A DNA stretch of 32,000 nt, taken from NCBI GenBank assembly GCA_050181915.1, contig JBFXCS010000002.1, positions 481,820 to 513,819 on the forward strand, given 5' to 3'. The DNA is from Thermoleophilia bacterium (GTDB lineage Bacteria > Actinomycetota > Thermoleophilia > Miltoncostaeales > Miltoncostaeaceae). Position numbers and translations under genes: made by a program. Shown piece after piece: positions 15,111-24,102 of the stretch. The notes below the pieces were generated by a model, which was not told the DNA's origin, searched no databases, and saw nothing but the letters and a program-made list of their open reading frames with translations. How positions within the stretch are numbered: the stretch's first letter is position 1; the number at the start of each line of letters is the position of its first letter.

Positions 15111-16208
15111 CTAGTGCAGCGCCGGCTGGTAGTGCTCGGCGAACACCTTGGCGACGAGCTCGCCGCGCGAGGACACGCCGACCTTCTCGAAGATCGCCTT
15201 CACGTGGTCGCGCACCGTGTGGAGGGAGAGGTGGAGGGAGCTCGCGATCTCCCGCGTGGAGCGGCCGCGGGCGATGAGCTGGACGACCTCCTGCTCGCGT
15301 CGGGAGAGCCCGTAGGCGGTGACGATGAGCGGGGCGATCTCGGCGGCGCGGGCAGGCTCGATGACCAGTCCCGTGTCGCCGATGCCGCCGTCGGCGAGCC
15401 GCAGCGAGGAAGCGTGCACGACCAGCCAGCGGCCCGAGCGGGAGCGCACCCGCAGCCGCGCCTGCCCGTCCTCGCGGCCCTGCGCGATGGCGCGGGCGCG
15501 CGCCACGGTGGCCGTCACCTGGGTGGGCAGCGGGATGCCGTCCGCCGTCAGCGGGCCGACAGGCAGCTCGTCGAGCCACGTGCGCGCCTGGTCGTTGAGC
15601 GATATCAGCACGCCGTCGGGATCGAACATGATCAGCCCGGGCCCCTCGGGCTCGCGTCCCGCGCCCCCGGCGGCGAGCACGGACGTGCGCCGTAGCGCCT
15701 CGGCGATGGGGGCGAGCAGCTCTCCGACGGCGGCGGTCTCGTCGGCCGAGAAGGCCGGCCGGCCTCGCTCGCGCATGAGCGAGACCAACCCCCAGGTCTC
15801 GCCGTCGACCTGGAACGCGGCGCGCAGCTCGTCGTCATAGCCCTGGGGCGCGATGTACTCGCGGTAGCGGGCGCTGCGCCGGGGACGATCCGCGAGCCTC
15901 GCCCGCAGCGTGCCGACCGCCGGCGTCGCGCGCGCCACGTCGCGGTACAGCAGCGCGTCCTCGACCAGGAACTCGCGCTGCCAGTACGTCTCGCAGTGCC
16001 CGCTCTCGATGTTCTCGGCCAGCACCGGTGAGGTGGCCAGGCAGGTGCTGGGGTCGGCGCCGACCCACAGCGCGCCGTCGTAGGGCACCACCTCGCGCAT
16101 CGGCCGCACGATCGCCGCGTACAGCTCATCCGCCGTGGTCGCGCCTGCGCACGCCCGGCGAACCGCGTCGATCGCCCGCCGTGCACCAGCCACGGACGGT
16201 ATCGGCAT
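15111..16208 (-). CDS. LuxR-family transcriptional regulator (GAF-like sensor + C-terminal HTH)
   Basis: Start ATG at 16206-16208 (MPIPSVAG...). The C-terminus LSRREQEVVQLIARGRSTREIASSLHLSLHTVRDHVKAIFEKVGVSSRGELV is a LuxR/GerE HTH. Confidence 0.8.
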   Translation of the reverse strand: MPIPSVAGARRAIDAVRRACAGATTADELYAAIVRPMREVVPYDGALWVGADPSTCLATSPVLAENIESGHCETYWQREFLVEDALLYRDVARATPAVGTLRARLADRPRRSARYREYIAPQGYDDELRAAFQVDGETWGLVSLMRERGRPAFSADETAAVGELLAPIAEALRRTSVLAAGGAGREPEGPGLIMFDPDGVLISLNDQARTWLDELPVGPLTADGIPLPTQVTATVARARAIAQGREDGQARLRVRSRSGRWLVVHASSLRLADGGIGDTGLVIEPARAAEIAPLIVTAYGLSRREQEVVQLIARGRSTREIASSLHLSLHTVRDHVKAIFEKVGVSSRGELVAKVFAEHYQPALH

Positions 16209-16338
16209 GACCCGAGGGTTCCACACCGCCCCGGCGGCGGCAACCCCCTCAGATGCGGGATCCCGGCCGCCGCTCACCCCCGGGCAACCCCGCACGCGTG
16301 GGATTGCCCGCGCGCCGTGCGGCGATCACGTTCATCCC

Positions 16339-17403
16339 ATGACCACGAACCCGCACACGGGGGGAGCGATGACGACGCCCGAGGACACCGGAACGCTGAC
16401 GCCGGTGCCGCTGATGCAGATCTCGACCGGCTTCTGGGCCTTCAAGACGCTCGCGGCCGCCACCGAGCTCGATCTGTTCACGCGCCTGGCCGACGGCGCC
16501 GAGGTGACGGCCGAGGGGCTCGCGCGCGAGCTGGGCATCGAGCCGCGGCCGGCGGAGATGCTGCTGACCGGCTGCGCCTCGCTCGGCCTGCTGGAACGCG
16601 GCGAGCACGGCTACCGCAACACGCCGCTCAGCGAGCGCTTCCTGGTGCGCGGCGCCCGCTACGACTTCGGCGGGCTGGTGACGATGTTCGACCGGCGGCT
16701 GTACCCGGGCTGGGCGAAGCTCACCGAGGCGATCCGGACCAACCGGCCGACCACGTGGGACCCGGAGCGCGAGCGCTCCCTGTTCGAGCGCGAGGACCCG
16801 GCCGTCCTGGAGACCTTCTGGGAGGCGATGCACTCCCTCTCGAGCTTCACCGCCCGCGCGCTCGGAGAGGCGATCGATCTCGGCCCCGCGACACGGCTGC
16901 TCGACGTCGGCGGCGGCTCGGGCGCCTACGCCATCGAGCTCTGCCGGCTGTACCGGTCGCTGTGCGCGACCGTCCTCGATCTGCCCTACGTGATCGACAT
17001 CGCGGCCGACAGGATCGCCGATGCCGGGCTGCGCGATCGCATCGCCGTGCACGCCGGCGACTTCTTCGCCGATCCGCTGCCGCCCGGCCACGACGTGCAT
17101 CTGTACTCGATGATCATGCACGACTGGAACGAGCAGCACGACCGGCTCCTGCTGCGCAGATCCTTCGAGGCGCTCCCCAGCGGCGGCGCGATCATCATCA
17201 GCGAGCTCCTCGTCGACGACGACAAGACCGGCCCCGCCCCGGCCGCGCTCATGAGCCTCAACATGCTGATCGAGACCGAGGGCCGCAACTACACCGCATC
17301 CGAGTACACCGCGTGGCTGGAGGACGCCGGCTTCACCGAGGTCCGCACCGTCCGCTTCGACGCACCGGGCGCGAACGGCGCGGTCATCGCCCGCGCGCCA
17401 TAG
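16339..17403 (+). CDS. class I SAM-dependent O-methyltransferase (Methyltransf_2 type with N-terminal dimerisation domain)
   Basis: SAM motif LLDVGGGSGAYAIEL, DLPYVI, GDFFADPLP, YSMIMHDWNE. The start is either ATG 16339 or ATG 16369. Confidence 0.8.
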   Translation: MTTNPHTGGAMTTPEDTGTLTPVPLMQISTGFWAFKTLAAATELDLFTRLADGAEVTAEGLARELGIEPRPAEMLLTGCASLGLLERGEHGYRNTPLSERFLVRGARYDFGGLVTMFDRRLYPGWAKLTEAIRTNRPTTWDPERERSLFEREDPAVLETFWEAMHSLSSFTARALGEAIDLGPATRLLDVGGGSGAYAIELCRLYRSLCATVLDLPYVIDIAADRIADAGLRDRIAVHAGDFFADPLPPGHDVHLYSMIMHDWNEQHDRLLLRRSFEALPSGGAIIISELLVDDDKTGPAPAALMSLNMLIETEGRNYTASEYTAWLEDAGFTEVRTVRFDAPGANGAVIARAP

Positions 17404-17441
17404 CCGGCGCCCGGATTACTCGCCGAGTCCAGCCCGGACGC

Positions 17442-17477
17442 CCGTCCGTCCGCGGCGCGGGCACCGCGGACGGACGG
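17442..17477. terminator. bidirectional stem-loop between convergent genes
   Basis: Perfect 14-bp stem CCGTCCGTCCGCGG / CCGCGGACGGACGG with an 8-nt loop, between the methyltransferase stop (17403) and the phosphatase stop (17505). Confidence 0.55.
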
Positions 17478-17504
17478 CTGCGCATCGCATCGCGTCGAAG
17501 CGGG

Positions 17505-18905
17505 TCAGCCCCTGCCCTGCAGGACCCGGAACAGGTCCGTGTGGTCGTTGGTCCCGAGGACCGCGAGACCACCGGGGCCCTTGGCCCACACGGGCACGAC
17601 CGCGCCGGTGTGCTGCTGGCTGGGGGGCGTCGCGGTGGGGGCGGCGCCCTCCCCGCCGTAGCCGGCGGTGCCGTAGGTGAGGGACAGGGTCTGGCCGTCC
17701 CTGGTCAGGACGTTGGTCGAGTAGCCGGCGGGCAGGCCGCTCCCGCTCGCGTCCTCCGACACGATCTGGCTGGTGTGCGCGTGGTCGCCGGTCACCACGA
17801 TCAGGGTGTCGGGGTGCTCACGCTGGTAGGCGAGCGCGACGCCGATGGCCTCGTCGAACGCCACCGTCTCGCCGATCTGCCCGCATGCGTTGGTCGCGTG
17901 GTCCTGCTTGTCGATCGAGGCGCCCTCCACCTGGAGGAAGAACCCGCGCGGGTTGTCGAGCAGATCGAGCGCCTTGGCGGTGAGGTCGGACAGGCTCGGC
18001 TCGTTCGCCGGGCGCTGGTCCTCCGTGCAGGCGACCGGGTCGTTCCCCTTGCCGAGGGACGACTTCGGGCCGCTCCACTCGAGGGACAGGTTGCCGGAGT
18101 TGAACAGGCCGAGCACGCGCCGGCCCTTCTTCACCTCGGCGAGGCCCTCGGCGTCGCTGACGTAGGTGTACCCCTTGCCCTGCGCCGACTCGATCACCGT
18201 CTTCCCGGCGTCCGGGCCGCCCGTGATCGTCTGCTCGAAGCGGGCGCGCCCGCCGCCGAGCAGGACGTCCACCTCGTGATCGATCTCCTGCTCCGCGATG
18301 GAGCCCAGGCCGCCGTTCTCCTTCTTCGCCTCCGGGCAGGTGGCCAGGTCGGCGGGCCCCTGGCAACCGCGCAGGTTGACGTGCGCGGCGAGCACCGCCG
18401 GCGTCGCGTCGGTGATCTCCGCGGTAGAGACGCTGCCGACCCTCTTGCCGCGCTTCTGCGCGAGCTCCAGCACCGTCGGATAGTCCTCGCCGGGGACCTC
18501 CTCGCCGCTGCTGGGGCCCTGGGAGATCCGCTCGTCGATCGTCTTCTCGCCGGTCGCCCACTGGGTGCCGGTGGACGCCGAGTCGGGGTCGTAGTCGGGC
18601 AGGTACGGCGGACCGTCGCCCGGCTTCACCGTCCAGGTCGTGCTGAAGCCGGTCAGCGGCAGCCGGTCGACGTTCAGCTCGTTCTCGACCCCCTGGTAGT
18701 AGCGGGCGGCGGTGATCTCCTGCGTGCCGAGGCCGTCGCCCAGGAAGAAGATCACGTTGTTCGCCTTCTTCGTGCCGAGCGCCTCGACGACGGCGCGCTC
18801 GGTTCCCCCATGACCGAAGAAGCCGCCGGCGGCAGCGGTGCCCACTCCGAGCACGCCGACCGCCAGGGATGCGGCGACGACGACACTGCGTCGGGACCGT
18901 CTCAC
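17505..18905 (-). CDS. phoA: alkaline phosphatase (PhoA family), secreted
   Basis: GTG start 6 nt after the RBS GGAGG, with a signal peptide. FFLGDGLG, active-site DSASTGT, DKQDHA and VTGDHAHT metal-site motifs. Confidence 0.9.
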   Translation of the reverse strand: MRRSRRSVVVAASLAVGVLGVGTAAAGGFFGHGGTERAVVEALGTKKANNVIFFLGDGLGTQEITAARYYQGVENELNVDRLPLTGFSTTWTVKPGDGPPYLPDYDPDSASTGTQWATGEKTIDERISQGPSSGEEVPGEDYPTVLELAQKRGKRVGSVSTAEITDATPAVLAAHVNLRGCQGPADLATCPEAKKENGGLGSIAEQEIDHEVDVLLGGGRARFEQTITGGPDAGKTVIESAQGKGYTYVSDAEGLAEVKKGRRVLGLFNSGNLSLEWSGPKSSLGKGNDPVACTEDQRPANEPSLSDLTAKALDLLDNPRGFFLQVEGASIDKQDHATNACGQIGETVAFDEAIGVALAYQREHPDTLIVVTGDHAHTSQIVSEDASGSGLPAGYSTNVLTRDGQTLSLTYGTAGYGGEGAAPTATPPSQQHTGAVVPVWAKGPGGLAVLGTNDHTDLFRVLQGRG

Positions 18906-19073
18906 TCGATGCCTCCGCGTTCGTGGATTCCGGTTCCCTCCCCCCGGCGGTCGACCGTACGAACGGGACGGTTACACCGGGGTGTGGCCTCCGTGACAGC
19001 GGGTCTCACGGCACGCATCGCCGGCCCTCTCTCGGGGCCCGGCCCCGGGGCTACTCGGGCGAGACGCCCGTCG

Positions 19074-20180
19074 TCAACCGGCCTGCGGCGGCGCGGCGGG
19101 CAGCCGCACGGTGGCGCGAAGCCCTCCCTCGGTGCGGGGGGCGAGGGTGAGGGTCCCGTCGTGCGCCTGGACGATGCTCCTGACGATCGCCAGGCCGAGG
19201 CCGACGCCGGCGTGGTCGGTGCGGATGCGTCTGCTGCCGCGCTGGAACGGCTCGGCGAGCGTGGCGACCAGCTGGGGGGTGAGCTGCTCGCCGGTGTTCT
19301 CGACCGTGAGCGCCGCTCCCCCGGGGTGAGCGCCGGTCGTGACCCACACGGTGCCGCGGTCGGGCAGGTTGTGGACGATCGCGTTGTGCACGAGGTTCAT
19401 CGCCATCTGCAGCAGCAGGGCGGGTGAGCCGACGGTGGGGGTCATGTCGCCGGAGGTCTCGATGGTGGCGCCGCGCCGCTCCGCGAGGGGCAGCAGCGAC
19501 TCGGTGGCCTCCTCGGCGATGAGGGACAGGTCGGCGTGCTCGCGGACGAATGACCGCTGATCGGCGCGGCTGAGCAGGAGCAGCGCCTCGGTGAGGTCGA
19601 TCGCCCGGGTGTTGACCGCGCGGAGGCGGTCGATGAGCTCGTCGTCGTCGCGGCTCGGATCCTTGCGGGCCACGTCGAGCAGCGTCTGCGTGACCGCCAG
19701 CGGGGTGCGCAGCTCGTGGGAGGCGTTGGCGGCGAACCGCTGCTGCTCCGCGACCTGCGCCTCGAGGCGCGCGAGCATGGCGTCGAAGGCGTCGGCGAGC
19801 TCGCGGAACTCGTCCCGGCGGCCATGCAGCCGGATGCGGTGGGAGAGCGATCCGCTCGCGGCCAGGCGCGTGGCGTCGGTGATGCGGTCCAGCGGGGTGA
19901 GCATCCGGCCGGCCAGGATCCAGCCGCCCAGGAGGCCGAACACCAGCAGGAAGGCCAGCGCGATGGCCGCCTTCGGGGCGAAGGCGTCGAGCAGGTCGGA
20001 GCGGTTGGGGATGAAGGGGGCGGGCGCGCGATCGGGCCCCACCAGGATCACCCTGTCGGGTACGTAGCGCAGCAGGAACACCCACACGACCGCGAGCAGC
20101 AGGGCTCCCGCCACCATCAGGAAGCCGGCGTAGCTGAGGGTGAGCTTGAGGCGGACGCTCAGGCCGGGGGATCTATCCAC
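19074..20180 (-). CDS. vanS: VanS-type sensor histidine kinase
   Basis: Two N-terminal TM helices with a short loop, a HAMP domain, H-box ASHELRTPL, N-box NLVHNAIVHN, G-box GVGLGLAIV. Overlaps vanR by 8 nt and is adjacent to vanHAX. Confidence 0.8.
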   Translation of the reverse strand: MDRSPGLSVRLKLTLSYAGFLMVAGALLLAVVWVFLLRYVPDRVILVGPDRAPAPFIPNRSDLLDAFAPKAAIALAFLLVFGLLGGWILAGRMLTPLDRITDATRLAASGSLSHRIRLHGRRDEFRELADAFDAMLARLEAQVAEQQRFAANASHELRTPLAVTQTLLDVARKDPSRDDDELIDRLRAVNTRAIDLTEALLLLSRADQRSFVREHADLSLIAEEATESLLPLAERRGATIETSGDMTPTVGSPALLLQMAMNLVHNAIVHNLPDRGTVWVTTGAHPGGAALTVENTGEQLTPQLVATLAEPFQRGSRRIRTDHAGVGLGLAIVRSIVQAHDGTLTLAPRTEGGLRATVRLPAAPPQAG

Positions 20181-20856
20181 GGTCCCCTTCCCCGCGCCCG
20201 CCGTCGATGCGGTACCCGGCGCCGGGCACGGTGGCGATGATCCAGGGCTCGCCGAGGCGCTTGCGCAGCGCCGAGACCGTGATGCGCACCGCGTTGGTGA
20301 ACGGGTCCGCGTTCCGATCCCAGGCCCGCTCCAGCAGCTCCTCCGCGCTGACGACGCCGCCCTCGGCGGCGACCAGGACCTCGAGCACCGCGAACTGCTT
20401 GCGGGTGAGCGGGACGTAGCGGCCGTCGCGGTAGACCTCGCGGCGGAACGGGTCGAGGCGCAGGCCGGCGATCTCGCGCACGGGCGGGCGGTGGTGGGCG
20501 CGGCGGCGGTCGAGCGCCCTGAGGCGGAGCACGAGCTCGCGGAGCTCGAACGGCTTCGTGAGGTAGTCGTCGGCGCCGAGCCCGAACCCGGAGGCCTTGT
20601 CGTCGAGACGGTCGGCGGCGGTCAGCATGAGGATCGGCATGCCGCTGCCGGAGGCGACGATCCGTCCGGCGATCTCGTCGCCGGACGGCCCGGGGATGTC
20701 CCGGTCGAGGACGGCGATGTCATAGGCGTTGGCGCCCAGCAGCTCCAGGGCGGTGTCGCCGTCACCCGCGATGTCCGCCGCGATCGCCTCCAGCCGCAGC
20801 CCGTCGCGGATGGCCTCCGCCAGATAGGGCTCGTCCTCGACGAGCAGCACGCGCAT
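20173..20856 (-). CDS. vanR: VanR-type OmpR/PhoB-family response regulator
   Basis: MRVLLVEDEPYLAEAIRDGLRLEAIAADIAGDGDTALELL...DIAVLDRDIPGPSGDEI...TKPFELRELVLRLRAL plus a winged-helix C-terminus. As I recall it, this closely matches actinomycete VanR. Confidence 0.85.
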   Translation of the reverse strand: MRVLLVEDEPYLAEAIRDGLRLEAIAADIAGDGDTALELLGANAYDIAVLDRDIPGPSGDEIAGRIVASGSGMPILMLTAADRLDDKASGFGLGADDYLTKPFELRELVLRLRALDRRRAHHRPPVREIAGLRLDPFRREVYRDGRYVPLTRKQFAVLEVLVAAEGGVVSAEELLERAWDRNADPFTNAVRITVSALRKRLGEPWIIATVPGAGYRIDGGRGEGDRG

Positions 20857-20877
20857 CCGCCGATGCTAACCGAGCCG

Positions 20878-20943
20878 CGCATATCGTCGGCATATCGGAA
20901 ACCGCATACGCGCCGGCAACGCCGCCGGCCCTGAGATGGCGGC
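20878..20943 (+). promoter_or_regulatory. van promoter module copy A (also faces vanR divergently)
   Basis: ATATCG-N5-ATATCG (20881, 20892), invariant CATACGCGCCGGCAACGC, -10-like TGAGAT (20932-20937), GTG at 20944. On the minus strand, TAGCAT (20863-20868) lies 6 nt before the vanR ATG. Confidence 0.6.
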
Positions 20944-21021
20944 GTGACCTCCAGTGAGCCGGGACGAACAGCGGTCCGCGCCCGATCGACCGTCCCCGTC
21001 GGCTCCGCCCGTGCGGCATGA
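20944..21021 (+). CDS. possible 25-codon leaderless upstream ORF coupled to the carboxypeptidase gene
   Basis: GTG sits exactly 20 nt after the module core, as in copies B and D. VTSSEPGRTAVRAR parallels the N-termini of VanH (MIRGEPRRTATRR) and the VanY-like protein (VTHGEPARTMRRVR). Its TGA overlaps the ATG at 21018 (ATGA). Confidence 0.25.
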   Translation: MTSSEPGRTAVRARSTVPVGSARAA

Positions 21022-22052
21022 GCACGAGGCCGCGGCCGCGCCGCGGGACGGCGGCCCTGTACCGTCGCCGCCGCCGACGCGCGCTGATCGGCGCGATCAT
21101 CGCCCTCCTCCTCGCGGCCGCGGCCTTCGCGCCGCCCCTCCACCTGCTCGACGACGGCGGCCGCGGCTCCCCGCCCGACCTCTCGGGCAGCGGCGCGCCG
21201 CGCGACGACGCGGACAGCGCCTACCTGTCGACGGACGGATGGCCGCTTCAGGGCCAGGGGGCGTACGTGATCGGCGACGGCCGGCCGGCGGTGAGCCCCC
21301 ACCAGCGGCCGGTCCCGATCGCCAGCGTGGCGAAGGTGATGACCGCCTACCTCGTGCTCAAGCACCATCCGCTGCGGGCCGGCGAGAGCGGCCCGCTGTT
21401 CACGGTCACCCAGGACGACGTCGAGGACACCGAGGCGAGGCTCCGAGGGGGCCAGTCGGTGGTCCCCGTCAGCGCCGGCGAGCAGCTCACCGAGCGGGAT
21501 GCCCTCATGGCGATCCTGCTGCCGTCGGCGAACAACGTCGCGGTGCTCGTCGCGCGTCAGGTCTCCGGCAGCGTCCCCGCCTTCGTCGAGGAGATGAACC
21601 GCACCGCGCGCGAGCTGGGGATGTCCCAGACGACCTACACCGATCCGAGCGGATACGACGACGGCACGGTGTCGACGGCCCTCGACCAGCTGCGCCTGGC
21701 GCGGGTGGTGGCCGAGGACGAGACGCTGGCGGCCATGATGGCCACCCGCACCCACTGGCTGCCGGTCGCCGGCGAGGTGACCAACACCAACGCCCTGCTC
21801 GGCCATGACGGCTTCGTCGGCATGAAGACCGGCTCGCACCAGGCGGCCGGCGGCTGCCTGATGTTCCGGGTCGTGTGGCCCACCGGCGGCGGCGACGTGA
21901 CGCTGATCGGCGTGGTGCTCGGCCAGCGGGGGGACAGCCTGATCACCGCGGGACACGATGCGGCCGAGCAGCTGGCGGACCGCCTGGCGCCGGAGGCGTA
22001 TCGCCCGCATATCGAAAACCCCATACGCGCCGGCAACGCCCCGCCGCCTTGA
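21018..22052 (+). CDS. serine-type D-Ala-D-Ala carboxypeptidase (S11, PBP5/DacB-like), membrane anchored
   Basis: N-terminal Arg-rich segment plus a TM helix. Carries the SxxK (SVAKVMT), SxN (PSANN) and KTG (MKTGSH) motifs. The 3' end runs through van module copy B. Confidence 0.8.
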   Translation: MSTRPRPRRGTAALYRRRRRRALIGAIIALLLAAAAFAPPLHLLDDGGRGSPPDLSGSGAPRDDADSAYLSTDGWPLQGQGAYVIGDGRPAVSPHQRPVPIASVAKVMTAYLVLKHHPLRAGESGPLFTVTQDDVEDTEARLRGGQSVVPVSAGEQLTERDALMAILLPSANNVAVLVARQVSGSVPAFVEEMNRTARELGMSQTTYTDPSGYDDGTVSTALDQLRLARVVAEDETLAAMMATRTHWLPVAGEVTNTNALLGHDGFVGMKTGSHQAAGGCLMFRVVWPTGGGDVTLIGVVLGQRGDSLITAGHDAAEQLADRLAPEAYRPHIENPIRAGNAPPP

Positions 22053-22060
22053 CTGGATGC
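21996..22060 (+). promoter_or_regulatory. van promoter module copy B (vanHAX-murF operon)
   Basis: GTATCG-N5-ATATCG (21998, 22009), CATACGCGCCGGCAACGC, TTGACT (22049-22054), ATG at 22061. Confidence 0.6.
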
Positions 22061-23065
22061 ATGATCCGCGGCGAACCGAGGCGCACCGCGACCCGCCGCA
22101 CCCCGCCGGCGACGGGTATCACGATCTACGGGTGCGGGCGGGACGAGGCCGCCCTGTTCCGGGAGAGGGCGCCTCGCCTCGGCGTCGATCCGACGATCAC
22201 CGAGGCGCCGTTGACCGACGGCAACGTCGGGCTGGCGCTCGGGAACCGATGCATCAGCGTCGGCCACAAGGCCCGTGTCGCGAACTCCGCGCTTCTCGCG
22301 CTCGGCGAGGCCGGCGTGACCTACATCTCCACGCGAAGCGTCGGATGCGACCACATCGACGTGAGCTACGCCCGGAGCCGGGGCATCACCGTCGAGACCG
22401 TCGCCTACTCACCCGACAGCGTCGCCGACTACACGCTGATGCTGATGCTGATGTCGCTGCGACATGCCGCATCCGTCATCAGGCGCGCGGACGCCCACGA
22501 CTACCGGCTGAGCGATGCGCGCGGACGAGAGCTGCGCGACCTGACCGTCGGGGTGGTCGGGACGGGGCGCATCGGCGGCGCGGTGATGGACCGGCTGCGG
22601 GGGTTCGGCTGCACGGTGCTCGCCCACGACGCGCGGCCCGCGACCTATGCCGACTACGTCACCCTCGATGAGCTGATCGAGCGGAGCGACGTCGTGACGC
22701 TCCACACGCCGCTCACCGCCGAGACGCACCATCTCCTCGACGGCCGCCGGATCGCGCGGATGAAGCCCGGTGCGGTGATCGTCAACACCGGCCGCGGCGC
22801 GCTCATCGACACCGAGGCGCTCGTCTCGGCACTGGAGGGCGGCCGGTTGGGCGGCGCGGCGCTGGACGTCCTCGAAGGCGAGGAGGGGGTCTTCTACGCC
22901 GACCGCAGGGGCACGCCCATCGACGGTGACCTGCTGCGGCTGCACAGGCTGCCGAACGTGCTGATCAGCCCGCACACCGCCTACTACACCGACCGCGCCC
23001 TGAGCGACACCGTCGAGCGCTGCCTGGCCAACTGCCTGGCCTTCGCGGGTCGAGGTCGGGCATGA
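22061..23065 (+). CDS. vanH: VanH D-specific 2-hydroxyacid (D-lactate) dehydrogenase
   Basis: ITIYGCGRDEAALF, NAD motif VGVVGTGRIGGAV, VNTGRGALID, ISPHTAYYT. ATGA overlap with vanA. Confidence 0.9.
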   Translation: MIRGEPRRTATRRTPPATGITIYGCGRDEAALFRERAPRLGVDPTITEAPLTDGNVGLALGNRCISVGHKARVANSALLALGEAGVTYISTRSVGCDHIDVSYARSRGITVETVAYSPDSVADYTLMLMLMSLRHAASVIRRADAHDYRLSDARGRELRDLTVGVVGTGRIGGAVMDRLRGFGCTVLAHDARPATYADYVTLDELIERSDVVTLHTPLTAETHHLLDGRRIARMKPGAVIVNTGRGALIDTEALVSALEGGRLGGAALDVLEGEEGVFYADRRGTPIDGDLLRLHRLPNVLISPHTAYYTDRALSDTVERCLANCLAFAGRGRA

Positions 23066-24102
23066 ACAGGCTGCGGGTCGGGATCCTCTTCGGCGGCTGC
23101 TCCGAGGAGCATCCGATCTCCGTCAAATCGGCGCAGGAGGTCGCGCGCCACCTCGACACCGCCAAGTACGAGCCGTTCTACGTCGGGATCACGACGAGCG
23201 GCGCCTGGAGGCTCTGCGATGGCCCCGGCGCGGGCTGGGAGGACGGGAACTGCCGTCCGGCCGTCCTGTCGCCGGACAGGAGCGTCCACGGCCTGCTCGT
23301 CCTGGAGCGGGGCCGGTACGAGACGATCGGCCTCGACCTGGTGCTGCCCGTCCTGCACGGCAGGCTCGGCGAGGACGGCGCGATGCAGGGCCTGCTGGAG
23401 CTCTCCGGCATCCCATACGCCGGCTGCGACGTCCCGAGCTCCGCCCTGTGCATGGACAAGTCCCTCACCTACACGGTCGCCCGCGCCGCGGGGATCGCCA
23501 CGCCGGGGTTCCGGATCGTGACGGCGGGCGAGGGCATCGATCCCGGTCTGTTCACCTACCCCGTCTTCGTGAAGCCGGCCCGCTCGGGCTCGTCGTTCGG
23601 CGTCAGCAGGGCGTCGCGCCGAGAGGACCTGCCGGGAGCGCTCGAGACCGCCGGGCGGTACGACTCGAAGGTGCTGATCGAGGAGACCGTCGTCGGCAGC
23701 GAGGTCGGATGCGCCGTCCTCGGGAACGGCCCGGACCTGCGGGTCGGCGAGGTCGACCGGATCGCGCTGTCCCACGGCTTCTTCAGGATCCATCAGGAGG
23801 ACGCGCCGGAGACGGGCTCCGAGAACTCGGTCGTGACCGTTCCGGCGGACATCCCGGAGGAGTCGCGCCTGCTCGTCCGGGAGACGGCGAAGACCGTCTA
23901 TCGCGCCCTGGGATGCAGGGGGCTGTCGCGGGTGGACATGTTCCTGAAGGAGGACGGAGAGGTGGTCCTCAACGAGGTCAACACGCTGCCCGGCCTGACC
24001 TCCTACAGCCGCTACCCGAGGATGATGGCGGCCGCGGGACTGACGCTCTCCGAGGTGATCGACCGGATGGTGTCGCTGGCGCTGGCGGGCGACGGACGAT
24101 GA
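23062..24102 (+). CDS. vanA: VanA-type D-alanine--D-lactate ligase
   Basis: MNRLRVGILFGGCSEEHPISVKSA, HGFFRIHQE, LNEVNTLPGLTSYSRYPRM. ATP-grasp Ddl fold with the VanA/B-type insertion. ATGA overlaps on both sides. Confidence 0.9.
   Translation: MNRLRVGILFGGCSEEHPISVKSAQEVARHLDTAKYEPFYVGITTSGAWRLCDGPGAGWEDGNCRPAVLSPDRSVHGLLVLERGRYETIGLDLVLPVLHGRLGEDGAMQGLLELSGIPYAGCDVPSSALCMDKSLTYTVARAAGIATPGFRIVTAGEGIDPGLFTYPVFVKPARSGSSFGVSRASRREDLPGALETAGRYDSKVLIEETVVGSEVGCAVLGNGPDLRVGEVDRIALSHGFFRIHQEDAPETGSENSVVTVPADIPEESRLLVRETAKTVYRALGCRGLSRVDMFLKEDGEVVLNEVNTLPGLTSYSRYPRMMAAAGLTLSEVIDRMVSLALAGDGR

Noticed and set aside
18906-19073. Possible PhoP (PHO box) direct repeats upstream of the alkaline phosphatase gene (GTTCGTGG ... 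GGTTCCC).
   Set aside because: The spacing is 14 nt rather than the 11-nt periodicity of PHO boxes, and the match to GTTCACC units is poor. They also lie immediately next to the RBS.
21990-22052. An apparent shared peptide (AYRKPHTRRQR / AYRPHIENPIRAGNAPPP / ISRTAYAPATP) at the ends of several ORFs in the van region.
   Set aside because: This is an artefact of translating the repeated DNA promoter module in different frames, not a protein motif. Only the S11 carboxypeptidase genuinely reads through copy B, because its stop codon lies beyond it.
22049-22054. TTGACT in module copies B and D interpreted as a -35 element.
   Set aside because: The start codon follows 6 nt later, leaving no room for a -10 element. 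Position and conservation fit a -10-like element of a leaderless promoter better, although the hexamer is non-consensus.
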